A DNA stretch of 64,000 bases from Marsupella aquatica. Taxonomy: Eukaryota > Plantae > Marchantiophyta. Every line of letters starts with the position of its first letter. Within the stretch, counting starts at the first letter, position 1. The DNA is taken from assembly GCA_973895155.1 (NCBI GenBank), contig OZ316892.1:17970357-18034356 (forward strand), given 5' to 3'. Shown in pieces: positions 37,801 to 50,743 of this stretch. The translations under genes were made by a program, and so were the position numbers. Under the pieces are notes generated by a model. That model was not told where the DNA came from. It saw only the letters and a program-made list of their open reading frames with translations, and searched no databases.

Positions 37801-40641
37801 TAAATTCGGCTTGGCCAAAGTTATCAATGTCAAAGTTTCCCTTCTGATTTTTCTCTTTTTACATTAATACATGCAGTGTGTCGGCTGCTGTCCAAGCAAC
37901 TTGCGAACTTGTATTAGTCGTGTTTGACGTTTCCCACAGCGAAAGAGGATGAAAGGAGAGTTTTGGCACATTTCTGATCATTGATATTTGTCCAATGATT
38001 AAGTTTAGACGTTTCATCTTTACGATTATTTTCTAGAACGTTATCTGAATATGCGGCGGCTCCATGTATTGTGAATAGCTGGAGGATATTTATGCCAGTT
38101 TATTTTTAGTGCAATGCGACATCAAAATGGTCCGGGAGAAACACCGATTAGGTCAAAAGCAGGGTGTTTGGATAAAATTTTGCAGCGGAATATTGCTGTT
38201 TTCCACCTTGATAGGAGTCATCTGGACTCCCATGCTGGTACACTTCTCTCCATGGTTGGCTTCTTTACAACTTGAGTTCAATTTTGTAGTGTATTCTTAT
38301 TCTATGCTGATCTTTTTTGTGCCCATCAGTAAAGCCTCCATGGTTTCTGTCCAGATCTCTAGACAGTGATTTTCTGGAATCGGAAATGTAAATTCTTCCG
38401 CATAAGTCTGTTTGACCTCTTATTCGATCTGTGCAGTGTGAAGATTATAGTTAACTCCTAAAATCAAGGATTCCCTTTTAGAGATCAAAAGTTTTGTAGA
38501 GCAAGCTGGGATTCGATCAGTTTGTGTTTTCTGGAAAAGGGTTCGATTCAGAGTTACATTAATGCCACGAGTTCCTGCTTTATTCCTGGTAGCCTGTTGT
38601 GGTGTGCTGACATTATACGGAACTATGTAAATAACCTGGAAAGTTTGTTGTCTCAGATAAACAACAGCGGGAACCCAGCTAATATCGTGAACAAAATAAA
38701 TGATGTTCGCACACGTGTTGAAGTGAAGACACGGGGTGGGATGTTTACACTCTATGAAACTGGTCTCTGTCAAGTTCCATTTTTGGAAGAACTACGGGAG
38801 GGAGGTCGTTCCAGTGAAACCTTGGACAAACTCGATGACTTTCTGGTTTCTTATGAAACACGAGATGTGCAAATCATTTGCTGTGAAGAAAATGCAGAGT
38901 CACAATGGATGGTACCTCCTCCAACGGTCAGAAGTCTATTAGACTACATTGATGAAGGCTTCACATTTCAAATTGGATGGGAATTCCACCGTGGTAGACC
39001 GAAAGGGAAAGAAGTTGCATCTTTTACAACTGATAGACCAATTGAGATCCTGGTTGCTCAGCAGTTTAGACGAGTACTCAATGGGACTTTAAGCTCTGTA
39101 ATTATTCCAGAAATGTACCCTCGTTACCTCCGTGTTGCGGGTTCTGGAGAAGTTCGCAGCTTAGATAACACGGTAATGCCTCAAGTGCTTGATATATGAT
39201 GTCATAGCTGTTCTCGCCATTACCTGTCCTATGCTTTTTGGTGTTTCAGGGAATGAACTTTCTACTGGAACACTAAATAACAGCCGTGGATTTTGACCCT
39301 CAGGATTATGTGACGGGTAACCTGACTTTAAATCAAGAAGGGGCAACGTGGTGGTCATTTCAGCGCTCTGATACAGATAATAATGATGCATGTGATATGT
39401 CAAAAGGGCCAATGGCAGTCACCGTCTCTGAAGAAGTTGCAAGTAAGTTGCACAGTGCTCCAATTGAGGAAAAAGCACTCTCTTGTCAAAGAATCTTTGC
39501 AACGTCTGAGCACCTATCTTTGCAATCAAAGCCCTTATCTTTGTTGGGTACTGTAGGTGGCTCTTTGCTTTGCTTAATTGCAGTTACGTACTTTTACGCA
39601 AGTTCGTGCTGATTTCTAGGTTATTGTGTCACATACTTCTGAGTATATTTTCCTGATAAGTACTAGACTGGGTAAAAGGAATGATCTGACATGTGAAGAG
39701 TTCTCTATACATGTATATTCTGTCAAAACACATGTCTAGCCAATCCTCATGAGTTATGCATGCAACAAAATCAACTTTTACGCCATTTCGTGTCCTCTAT
39801 CAATGTGTTGTGTTTTGGAGGCCCTTTGTCTACTTGTTTTTGGTTGTGTTCCTTGTCTGCCTAATCAGGTTCTGCGGAGTTTCAGGTAGTCCCTTTCCTC
39901 ATTTGATAGTTTAACGGATACTTAAGCAGCCATGTGTATAAGTGCTGACGTGAAGTATATGGAATAGCCAGTCGTCCCTTTCCTTACGACTTGCTGCAAT
40001 GCTCGTTGTGATGCAGATGGGATAATTGGAGAGACGCTCAGTAAATTTAGCATCTGGAGCTTGTACATTACATTTGTCTTCGCAGTTGGCCGCTTCATTC
40101 GATTGCAGTGCTCTGACATCCGAATGAGGATTCCATTTGAAAACTTCCCGGCTTGTGATAGGTGCTGCTCTATTCCTAAACTTTCTTGCATGGTTATGAA
40201 ATTTTTGAGGTGGTAGCTATGCTGTCATTTTAGTAATCTGAGGGTGTGGCAAAGCTCTTGATTTCTCAGTTTTCTGGATGATACTTTCAAATTCAAGCTA
40301 GTCACACTTTACTTTCGATGAAACTCTTTACCCATGGCATTCGTAGCATTTGCAGGAAAATACTGAATTTGCTTTGGTTCTCCCTAACCATTTTTTGTAA
40401 TGTATGAAGAAGTCAACAGATATACCTTCAAACAATGTTCTTTGCCTGGAAACTGCTTAATGGTGTGCTTAATGGTGGGCTGATTTGTTTGTCATGTTTA
40501 TGAAGGTTACTTGCTATCTGTGAGGATATCTATGCTGCTCGAGCAGCGAGAGAGTTGGAGTTGGAGGAAGGATTATTTTGGACTCTTATCAAGATTTATA
40601 GGTCACCTCATATATTGATGGAGTATACCAAAAAAGAATGA
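22842..40641 (+). CDS. PIEZO: PIEZO mechanosensitive ion channel, 21 exons, ~2615 aa
   Basis: GT-AG exons: 22842-22890, 23163-23243, 23559-23718, 26625-26755, 26964-27132, 27440-27629, 28030-28223, 29051-29138, 29478-29693, 30262-30442, 30715-30843, 31074-31247, 31684-31920, 32261-33940, 34467-37126, 37344-37757, 38079-38237, 38657-39172, 39304-39442, 40017-40161, 40506-40641. Total 7848 nt, divisible by 3. Contains the PFEW motif (PFLYELRCLLDW...YDWLKLEDIYASL), inner helix SIWSLYITFVFAVGRFIR and C-terminus LIKIYRSPHILMEYTKKE. The start exon and exon 4 donor are less certain. Confidence 0.95.
23975..24420 (-). mobile_element. Degenerate hAT-like transposase remnant in PIEZO intron 3
   Basis: Minus-strand fragments LTPIRTRWG*AL (TRW motif) and NIILSKVEWEVITQHEDMLSP lie in the order expected for hAT transposases. 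No intact ORF. Confidence 0.4.
24984..25087. repeat. 50-bp tandem duplication in PIEZO intron 3
   Basis: agctggccatttatggagggacgcatttcac(g/a)atcatcccatagcgttca twice, with one mismatch. Confidence 0.92.
25290..25510 (-). mobile_element. Non-LTR retrotransposon (LINE) reverse-transcriptase fragment in PIEZO intron 3
   Basis: Minus strand with a frameshift: VADNILL...LQKYLDKLYEICQS*EMSVNLQKTRIAIFRHK. This follows the non-LTR RT pattern ADD...LQ..LD.L...C....M.VN..KT. Confidence 0.6.
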
Positions 40642-42513
40642 TGTTGCCCATCATTCATTTATCTTCATTGCCTCCCCTAATTGTTGGTGAGATACCTTGA
40701 CACTAGGTGTGAAATAGGTCAGGTATATTGTACATACTTGCATGCAGGCCATGGTCAATGAGTAGTTCCCATGTTCTGGGCCTCCCATGATTATTTGTTA
40801 AAATTAAAAGCGTTCCTCTCCCAATTCTTTTCGTCAATTGTGGCCCTCTCACCACGCGCTTATAAATTTGTTCTGGTGCCTGAAATGTCTTAAATTCCCC
40901 AAGTACGTAGAATGTCAAGAGAGTGACGAAAGTAAATTTACATTTGAGCAAACAGTTTCAGCAATCAATGCCCTTAAGTACAACCCGCAGAACTGCACGA
41001 TTGCAGGGCAGGAAATGTAATCGTGCATTTTTTTTTACATTGACATGTAATGATAATTAAGATGTCAATGGCTTTCATAGAGCGCATCAGGACAACCAAA
41101 TTTGATCAAATGGAACACTCTCAATCCTTTGAAATGTTTACCTTACTATGTTGCTACAAAGCCTTTGCAAAACCCTCATCTCATTTGTTGATGCCAAAAT
41201 TGTTGATTTTGATACAGAATTGATTTAATAATATCAAATTTAAATAATTATGTATTTACAGACCCCATGAGAGGTACCTTCCAAAATTTCAAAATTCTTA
41301 GCATCAGAATCTGTCATGTCAACAACAATTGCAACAAACAAGATTTATTAATTTTGTGAATCAAATTTATATTTTTTTTCATGTTTCATCAATTTGGGTG
41401 TAAATTTTGGAACACCATGCCGTAAAAAATATATATAAAAAATTAAAAATACAAAAAACAAGACAGGTAAAATTGTCATTATATAACTATTTCAATTACG
41501 TATCCAATTTTCAAACTTAAATTCAAAGATTTAAAAAATATTTTTCATATAATAATTAATAATTAATTTAATAACTTCCTTGTTAAGGGTAATTGTTAAC
41601 ATATGGAGTAAGATTTTTGGCCTTTTGCAATTCAGGCAAACTGCTAGCCATGGTTAGAATTTGAACTCAATGAATTGATACAATTCATTTGATCAGACAT
41701 TGATTTAGTTTCAAATTGATTTGCCGTGGATTGACTATTGACTCTTGTAGCTTGAGAATTTGGTTGCATGTAGCGACAAGGCCTGATTTTGACAACTACT
41801 TGTGATAACTATGTTGTTGACTTTGGCCTACAAAGCAAAGTATTCATGTGGCAGTTGAAAAAATGTCAAACTGCTCAAGCCATGGTTGAATGGGTCTACA
41901 ATTGATTTCGTGAGAAAATCTAATCTAATAAAGAATATAAGCTGTAAAATCTATCTTATTTGTCCAATAGCTTCTCTTTCTAATCAAACTTCTCTCTTTA
42001 ATTTGAAAGCTTAAGCGTTGCCCTTCTCCATTTGGTGAATAGTTGCATCAAGGTCATGAGGCTATTAACCTCTAATTCAAAACTTGCCAAATGAAGACTT
42101 TGATGAAATCTCCAGAATTTCCAATAATTTGAAAGTACATAGACAAATCAGGTGACAAATATTTTACAAAGAGGACTCAGCTACTAGAAAGCTTAGGGTT
42201 CCTTGTTGAGAAAAGCAAATTTCTCAATTGATCTGGAGACCGGTAGCCTTCTCAACTCAAATATGAGTGCCCAGGGAAATTTAGTGGTCAAATATAGTGT
42301 CATCCACTGCCCAAATCAACTAACGTAAACAAAACTGTGTCTTGGGTTTATTAATTAATGTTCCAAAATTAGTGAAAATATCTCATAGATCTTAAGTGTT
42401 TTAATGTGTACTAGCAGAGCATTATGGGCCTTGTATGGACCATATTAGCCTCTCAAAACGCAAGCTCAAACAAGGCCTAAAAAAATGTAGCCAGGGGTCC
42501 ATGAACTAATTTG

Positions 42514-45500
42514 TGTTAATTAGTATTGACACCATAGTCATAGGGAGTTGTAAAATATATGAATCAATGAATAAATTTATTGATTGAGAAGTAGTTATTT
42601 ATATATATACATGTGTGTCACATAGGTTTAAGTTTACTAGGGTCAATGATTTGGTGAAGAGATCATCATCTGCATCATGTTATCTCTTTATCGTGTAGCT
42701 CATGGATGTAGATAAACTTTGGTGTTATATTTTTTTATGGTTGCTTTTGATAAATCCTTGTGTGATTTGTTTAATACAATCTGCATTGTCTTCAAAGAGA
42801 TTAATAGACTTGAGTAGTAGGTTTAAGTCATAGTTAACTTGGATAAGGTTAATAAGTGAATGTAACCATAGTGTTTCACAACTTGTCTCATGGAGTGTGA
42901 GGGTTTCAAATTGGTTTGAGAACGTAGCAATTAAAGTTTATTTAACACTTTTCTAGAAAAAAGCAATACTTCTAAATACATTAATATGCCAATGGCAGAA
43001 ATATATGGGTCTCAAGTCCCAATAGAGGTTCATTTTCTTCACATTTTTGAAAAACATCTGTGTTATTCTCTAATGATCATACAACCATTGGAAATGTAAG
43101 AGGATGAGTTAATTGCATATTTAATAGTTCAATGATTTTCTTAACTTATGTACTTTGATGTAGTAAAATGCCAGTGGGCAAAATCTCGAGTTGTAAACCA
43201 AGACAAATTTAGTGTGATCAAGATCTTTCATTTTAAAAATGATTTTAAGAATTTTTATGGTATCTTCATTTATTTTTAGAGTGCCAAAAATATTTAGGTC
43301 ATCAAGGTAAATAGCAAGGATGACATATTTATCATTGGTATGTTTAATAAATAAACATGATGCAATAGCATCATGGAAGAAGCCCATGGCAATCATCTCA
43401 TCAATAAATCGTTGATACCATGCTCTACCACTTTGTTTAAGACTATATAAGGCATTCAACGTGTGGATAGCTAGTTGGCAGCGAGTATGCCATACGATAG
43501 ACACAGTGGTGTCTTGAGGTGTAATATTAATCTCATTATTGGTGCGTGTAGATGACACATTGAGATTCGTATGAAATGAATTTGAAATAATTTTTTGTAA
43601 ATATGGAATATGTGAAAAATGGCAAAACTAATGAGGTACCTGAAAAAATTATACTATCCATGATAGGTGAGCATGTCTCATCGTAATGTATACCTGGTTG
43701 TTGTGTAAAGTCTTTCTTAACTAGGCGGGCTTTGTAGACTACTTGGCCCTTGTCGTTTCCTTTCCGGACAAAGGTCCATTTGTAACCAATAAGGTGGACG
43801 TCTGGTGGGGTTGGTTCCACTGGACCAAAAGTATGTCGGCCAATAAGAGAATCTAGTCCTCCGTTAATAGCATTTTGTCACTTAGGCCAGTCAGGCCTAC
43901 TTTGGCATTCTATAATAGATACATGGGTTCTGGAGTATCGTCAGTAATATTAGTAGAAACCATTAAGACAAAGCAATCATCTGGAAGGATGAGTTGTCTT
44001 TTCCACATTTTGCTAGTCTGGGCATAGTGAATTGATATTTCCTCATTAGGAGTAGAAGAGTTACTAGGTGTATCAGATGATCCAGGTGCAAACGACTGAC
44101 ATCTACGTGGTTCTTTGTCCTTAGCGCCATGTGGGCGACCTCATTTTTGTCAAGGGTGGTCAACTATGGCTAGAGCATCTGGTCGACGAGCTTGTACATT
44201 AGCCGCAGGTATATGCGAGCGAATAAACTTTGTGATATCAACAAATAAATCTGGTAGCTCTTTTACAATTTCATGAAGTTGTAAAATGAGTTGGACTTCT
44301 TTCAATTCTCCCCCTAATTTGTCCAGATATCTTGCCAAATGGTGAAGCTCTCTCTCATTCCAATGGTGGAATAGGATGTATGTCATTTATATTTAATATA
44401 GGGGAGATGTTTTTGTCAAAATGACAATCTAGAAATTGTGCTTCAAAGATATTGCCTGTTGCATGTGGGCTCTAAATAATGGATTATTGGCGGAGAGTCA
44501 AACCTGACATATATCCCTAGTTGTCGCTAGGGTCCCATCTTTGTCCGTTTGGGCAGGGTTATAGGTGCCATAACCTGACACCCAAATGAGCAAAGATTTG
44601 ATAAATCTGGCGGTACATGTCATTAGTCATTTGGTATGGACTAAGGGTGTTAAATGCAAATGGACGGTATTAAATTAGTGCATTAGCATGTAGTATTGCA
44701 TGTCCCCAGACACAAACTGGGAATTGCAAATGCATAAGTAAAGTTCTTGCAATGAGTTGTAGACGTTTAATGACAGCCTCCGCTAGTCCATTAATGAACA
44801 TGTGGTATAGGGTATTGGATATCAATACCTAAAGATGTACAAAAACATCAAAAGTAAAGGAAGTAAATTTTCCCGCATTGTCTACGCGTAAAATTTTTAT
44901 TGGGTGTTCAAGGAATTGTGCTGTGATGCACAAGATCTGCACTAGTATATGTGGTATAACCAAGTTGTGGGTGGAAAGTAAAGTTACGCTCGACCACTTG
45001 GTGGGTATTGCATGAATTTCTAGTGGTTGTTGAGTTGGTAAGGTGCCTAGTGGGCGCTTTGTAAAGTTTTGTAATAAAAGCTCTTGTTACTTTTTGGCAA
45101 CTAGCGGGTGGGAAATAAGCTTGAAATATTGGTTACATTTCATGTTGCAATATTGAGTCGCAAGGTTAAGGTTAGAGAAATGGAATGTTGATAGTGACCA
45201 TTTCTCTAAAAGATCCTTGTCTTTGACTGGTTGCCACATAAGGCAAGTGTTGAAATAATCCTAAACAATTTGTTGTTATAGGATACTACCGATGTAAATT
45301 CTTGAACTCAGAGATTTAGCCATTCTTGCCGTGCCCTAGGGAGTGCCACCAACTTTTGGTGGTCAAACCAAGTTCTCGTCAAAGTTCTCGCGGAGAAGTC
45401 AAATGCAAGTATTTTACTTGGAGGAAAGTATGAAGATGGCACCACATAAAGACTAGGGCTTGTGCCACTTCTGCCCCTAGAGAGTTGTTTGGGAGGAGCA

Positions 45501-47030
45501 TTGTTGTCATCTATCGCAACTTGGACACCTATGGCGGGGAGTAGGGGATTTGGCAATCAAGTTTGCCCTTATGTCCAAAGACCATGCTAGGTAGTTGCTA
45601 CGATCTAGGGTGAGAACATGAAACTGAATTTTCTCTAGATTAGTCATTTGTAAGTACTAAGTATGCAAGGTACATGCAACAATATGCAACGTATAAAATA
45701 GTATATATATTCAAAATAGAAAGCACATATGTTGCATGCAAATGATGTTCAAGTTTGAGAATTGCATGCAAGGTATGCACAGGTGTTATGTATGTAAGTT
45801 TGTGCAAAATGCAAGTATGCACTTAAGTGGCTTTTTTCTTTGTTTTTCTGTAAGTGCACAAGGTTCTTTGTAGAATCAAATGCGCTTTGTTGGAGGTTGC
45901 TTTTATAGAAGGAAACTTTCCTTTGTGTTTTCTCAACAAAATTCCCCCAAATGTGATGTAGTTTCTTTACTACCGAATGTGTCCCTTGATATCTCACCCA
46001 GGTCAAGGTATGGGTGAGCTTTGATCTCTCTTTGTCTTCTCTCTCTTCATCTATGTGAATCTTTGCATTCTTGAAGCTCCATCAATTCAAAATTATTTTC
46101 TTGAATCGTCATCACGATCTCTTTCAATCAATCCAGAATTTCTTGAATCTCCATCATTTCCTTTGGATCAATTTCAGAATTATTTTCTTGAATCTTATTA
46201 TCTATTTTGATCAATTGATCTAGAATTTTTTGAATCTCTATCGTTTCCTTTGATCCAGAGTTGGATGATAGAAGTTTGGTGACTCCACCATCTCTCTTGA
46301 GATTCTTTGATGTCATAAGTTTTCATAGTTGTTTCTTGTTCTTGACTTTTTTTAGCAGAGTACAATACCTAGAATGTTAATTTAAGGGCATCACGGTGAT
46401 AGGCGTCTGGCATTATACTTCCATTGGTCAAGAATTGCATGTCAAATGTTTCATAGTCTTCTAGTGAGAATCAATGTAGAGCAGGTTTTATTCCATTTGA
46501 ATCAATGGGGCAATTTTTGTCATTTTTGGAACTTTTGGGGCCTCATTCTCATTCTCATCTCATCTGATTAGTGGTCAATCTATGCATCCCCCGATGCATC
46601 CAGAGTTGAAATAAATCTCCATGTAATCTATGACTAACAAAATGCTTCTAAAAAGAGTTTCTATTCTGTCAGAAATTTGCAAAAAAGAATGGTATTGGTT
46701 TCCTTTCATGCAATCCCTTTCATGCAAATTAGACAAGCTAGGGTTTGCTGGATTGTGGGGATTAGGTCAGGAGGAGACTCATGCTCATTCCATATTCAAA
46801 TTGCCCGAGATTGGTAGAGACTACATGTTGATAACGTGTTGAGATAGTATTGACACCATAGCCATGGGAAGAGTAGAATGAAAGTTGTAAATGAATGAAT
46901 GTGATGGTTGAGAAGCAACCACTTATGTACATGTATGTCATCTGGTTACCATGTGTGGTTGATGTAACTACATGGTATAGGTTAAGCTTACTAGGGTCAT
47001 GGTCTCCCTATTACTTAAGTAACTCTGACA
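42514..47030 (-). mobile_element. Bianca-type Ty1/copia element A, heavily decayed with internal deletions
   Basis: 5' LTR 47030-46837 followed by a decayed PBS cgttatcaacatgt. gag ATG at 45647 (MTNLEKIQFHVLTLDRSNYLAWSL). RT fragments IGYKWTFVRK, LYSLKQSGRAWYQRF, IYLDDLNIFG. Diverged, truncated LTR copy at 42514-42645. No TSD recognisable. Confidence 0.85.
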
Positions 47031-48680
47031 ATGTTTCTTGTTAAAATGTTATTTCAAACAAACTCCTAACCAATCTTTGCTCAAAAGTTTTCTTTGAGAG
47101 ATGAAGCATAAATGAAAAATTGTTTGTTGGCAATGAGCTAGCTAGATTTTCAAGTACCAATGAGAAATTTAGAAAGCTTTGATCAACAAGTTAAGGAGAA
47201 AAAAGGGGGAAATTTAAGGAGAAATGGGGATTATTTGTTGTTGATCACAAAGTCAAATGAAAGGTTGGAACCCAATGTAATAGTTGGCCAATCATGGAAC
47301 TCAATTATTCTATTTCTTAGCTTCAGCGTCAAGTTTCTCTATTGTGCACGCATTGAAATGGGCTAAATACGGGGAGATTAGAGAACAAGGGAGAGTTACT
47401 CTAGCAAGGACACTTGGGCAATGCTTGAATCGTGCACAAATGACGCTAATTATCAATACTAGCAGTCCGGGCCAAGAGCAAACTGTTTTGGGATGGATTT
47501 TGAGTTTTGAAGGTAGAGTGAGAGTGTCTCATGGGCCTGAGTGCAATGAAATTTGGCTCATGCAAAACAGATGCTTAATGCATGAGTTAGTGGCAGGCCA
47601 TGGGAAAAATCACTCAGGAACTCAGACATTCAATGAGTCATGAGGGCCAAGGCATGAGTCCCTCATCGACCTGATCACTATGGGCTAAGGTACTTCCTTT
47701 GCGGACGCCTAACAAGGAAATTATGGGTGAAACAAGTTGCTTCATGCCTAATTAACTTGGTTGGATTCCGGGTGGGGGGGGGACAAAGTATGGGACCAAA
47801 GTAGATCTAAGGGTGACAAGTCACCAAAAGCATACATAAGTCTGGATGCATGGCAATCGTGCTCCTAGTATGGAAGATATATCAAATAGTAAATGACAAT
47901 ACCTTCTCAACGAAAAGTTTGTTGTAGAGAACTTTTTGGGTGCATTGGAAAGCTCCCAAGGAGTACTATCTCCTCATGATATCAGTCAAGCCTTGGGAGT
48001 GATTTTGTCATGGTTTGCAAGGGCTATCTCATTTGTTTGCCAATCCTACCTAGCAACTACTTCATGTTTGGCTCCCATAGAAGTTTGCATTGGAGCGGCC
48101 ATGTAGAGTAGGCCCAGGTGTTGAGGTCCAAGTTTATCATACTTGGATCTTGAGGGTATCTCCTTATGTCTTATGGAGAAGAGGGAATTGAAGACATAAG
48201 GACACCCCAGGACCAGCAAATAAATGAACTTGAGAGAACAGAGAACACAATTCAATTGAGTCTTCTGATAGCAGTGATTATTGCCCGAGGCTTTGACCAG
48301 ACCAAGGAGACCTGCAAGAGTATCATGAATTGAGGAAAATTTGAAGTGGAAAGAGCAAGCACACCGAAGAGATAACAAGCATTAGCAAATTGACTAAGGC
48401 ATTTCCATGACAAACAAATTGAAGCACCAAGGATCGATTTGTAGACGAGGACTAAGTGGAGAAAAGCATAAGAAACAATTAAGTAGAAATCATAAGGACA
48501 TCGTGAGGGGGAGACCGAAAGCATAAAGATAGCAATCGAAAGGAACATTGATTTGAGAGGATAGGTGAAAGGCGAATATAGATGATCAGAAGGCCCAACA
48601 TTCTATCAGATTCGAGAAGAACAACTATGGCAATCAGTTTGAGACTTCTCGATGATAAGACAGGAATGACAGATTGAAGA

Positions 48681-48684
<4 letters not shown>

Positions 48685-48725
<41 letters not shown>

Positions 48726-48735
48726 GAGAGAGAGA
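48685..48735. repeat. (GA)n microsatellite; a second (GA)8 run lies at 50059-50074
   Basis: Directly visible. Confidence 0.95.
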
Positions 48736-50743
48736 TCTTAGTATCCATAAGCAGATACAAATAAACACCCTGCAATAGATCAGGACTTATTGTAATCCAT
48801 CCGTCATATCATAGATGTCATTGTGCAGATTTTCTCACAGCAAAATACTCATTAGTCCGAGTCTCGATAAAACATGTTCCATCAGATATGCTTCTTTTAC
48901 ATACGAAATCCATTCAAGTATAACCTTTTCATGACATCCAAGTTTTAAATGTGAATCCAGTATGCTATGTGATGGCGTGATCCATCATATTCTTTTATCT
49001 AGATACCAGTTGAGAAGTGTGTACATGATATCCCACAGCGTGCCGTGAACATAGATCGTGTTCAAACATCAGTTCTTAGTACTAGAACAGAGTAAAAGCT
49101 TAAGCCATCCACATTCTTCCTAAGGTGTATTCTTGGTAATTATTGTCCTGTGTGAATATGCTTATTGTATGATCGGATGTACTCCTGGTAAACAGAGTAT
49201 TTCTGTTCACGATGATTCACAGCGGTAATACTCAGGTGGTGAGTCCACACCATCAAGCATGGACCTTCATCTTCTTCTGGGAATCGACAGACGATATCGA
49301 TTCAAACCATCAATGTCTTCGTTCAGCCCCCGCCATTGAGGTGAAGTCAAGCGAGTATGACACTTGATTTCTATACCCACGTTTCTGCAGCAATTGTCTA
49401 GACGGTTGCGGGAAGACGTGGGCCAGAAGGAGGCTAGTTGTGGTATCCTAAGACCTTTTTTTAAGAAATTTCCATGGACTCCAATGTGTAAGAAATGAAC
49501 GTAAAGCATAGCATATTTGTGATAGGTGATAGAATATTTCTGGCACCTGATCTGAGTTACCCATGTTCTGAGCGCTGTTGAAATGCTGGTCCAGAGCGTG
49601 ACTCTCTTGCTTGGTCCCACGGTCCACCTTTGATTCCCCCTCGTGCCTTTGGTCTCGTCAGTTCCCCCGCATCCCCAGCAGCATCGAGACACTGTGTAGT
49701 GTCAGTGTCTGGTTGCTTTCGTCTCTTGCTGTGAGCTGTGCAAGGATATTGTGGAGGTGTCCAGTCTATAGCTGAGGCGCCAGTGCTGGCAGCTCCGATA
49801 GTTTTTTTGGGTCATTTTAGGTTTGCTGCTTACCCTGAGATCAGACGGTGGTGATGTGTCCATTTTTTACCACATACCTCTGTTTTGTCTTTTAGTGATC
49901 ACCTCGTGTCCCCTGTATCGTATAATTGGACCAAAGTTTTTATGTGGCCAGCGTATATGTATTGTCTTCTCTATGAGTAGGGTATAGTGTAACCTAGTGC
50001 TTATAGGTTGTTACGAGCCTGGCCTGCCAATGCTTGTGTATTCTTCCCTCATTCTTATGAGAGAGAGAGAGAGAACGATTTGACAAAGGACGACAACGTG
50101 TAGATGAAGGAAGTTGAGGGAAAAGACTGCCGACATTCAACCATGAGCACCTCGACCATGAACATGCTGATCGGAAAGAGATAGGGCGTCGACCAAAGAG
50201 AGTTGGGCAAGATCACAAGGGGCACAACTGCCACAAGACAAACTTCACCACATTGAAAAAGATTGAGAAGAACACAAAAGAAATCCGCTAAGTGCAAACC
50301 GCCCCAAGTGAAAAATCTGTCAAAAAAAATTTGCTTACAAAGGAAAAGTTGCACTTAACCAATTACAAAGGAACCTGAAAAAATAAGTGCACAAAATCAA
50401 AAAGCAAACTAGAACTACAGAAAAAGGCATGCACCTAACCAGGTCACACCTATAAACCATCCATAAAGGCAACCTGCAATAAAGACAAACTTGCGATTAT
50501 CCACTAACAAAGGAATTTGCACTTAACCTGCAAAACCCCTACAAGTACAAAGGAACCCAGAAATACAAAGAACTTAGTGTAGTTAACCATATACACATGA
50601 AAAACAGAACTTAAGTGCAAACCCTAAAACACATTTTCTCCTCTTTTACACCTACCTTGCATGCGGCATAATTATGTGCATTTGCTTTTGACATATCAAA
50701 TATAAATCTACCTATACTCAGAAACCAATTTTACCTCAATAGA

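Noticed and set aside
47031-48159. Repeat-like sequence between elements A and B
   Set aside because: It looks like TE debris, but I found no termini or protein motif to support a call.
49971-50000. Short inverted similarity to the putative B LTR (aggttac...tataccc)
   Set aside because: Only ~15-20 bp, wrong orientation and no PBS. It cannot be called the missing 5' LTR.
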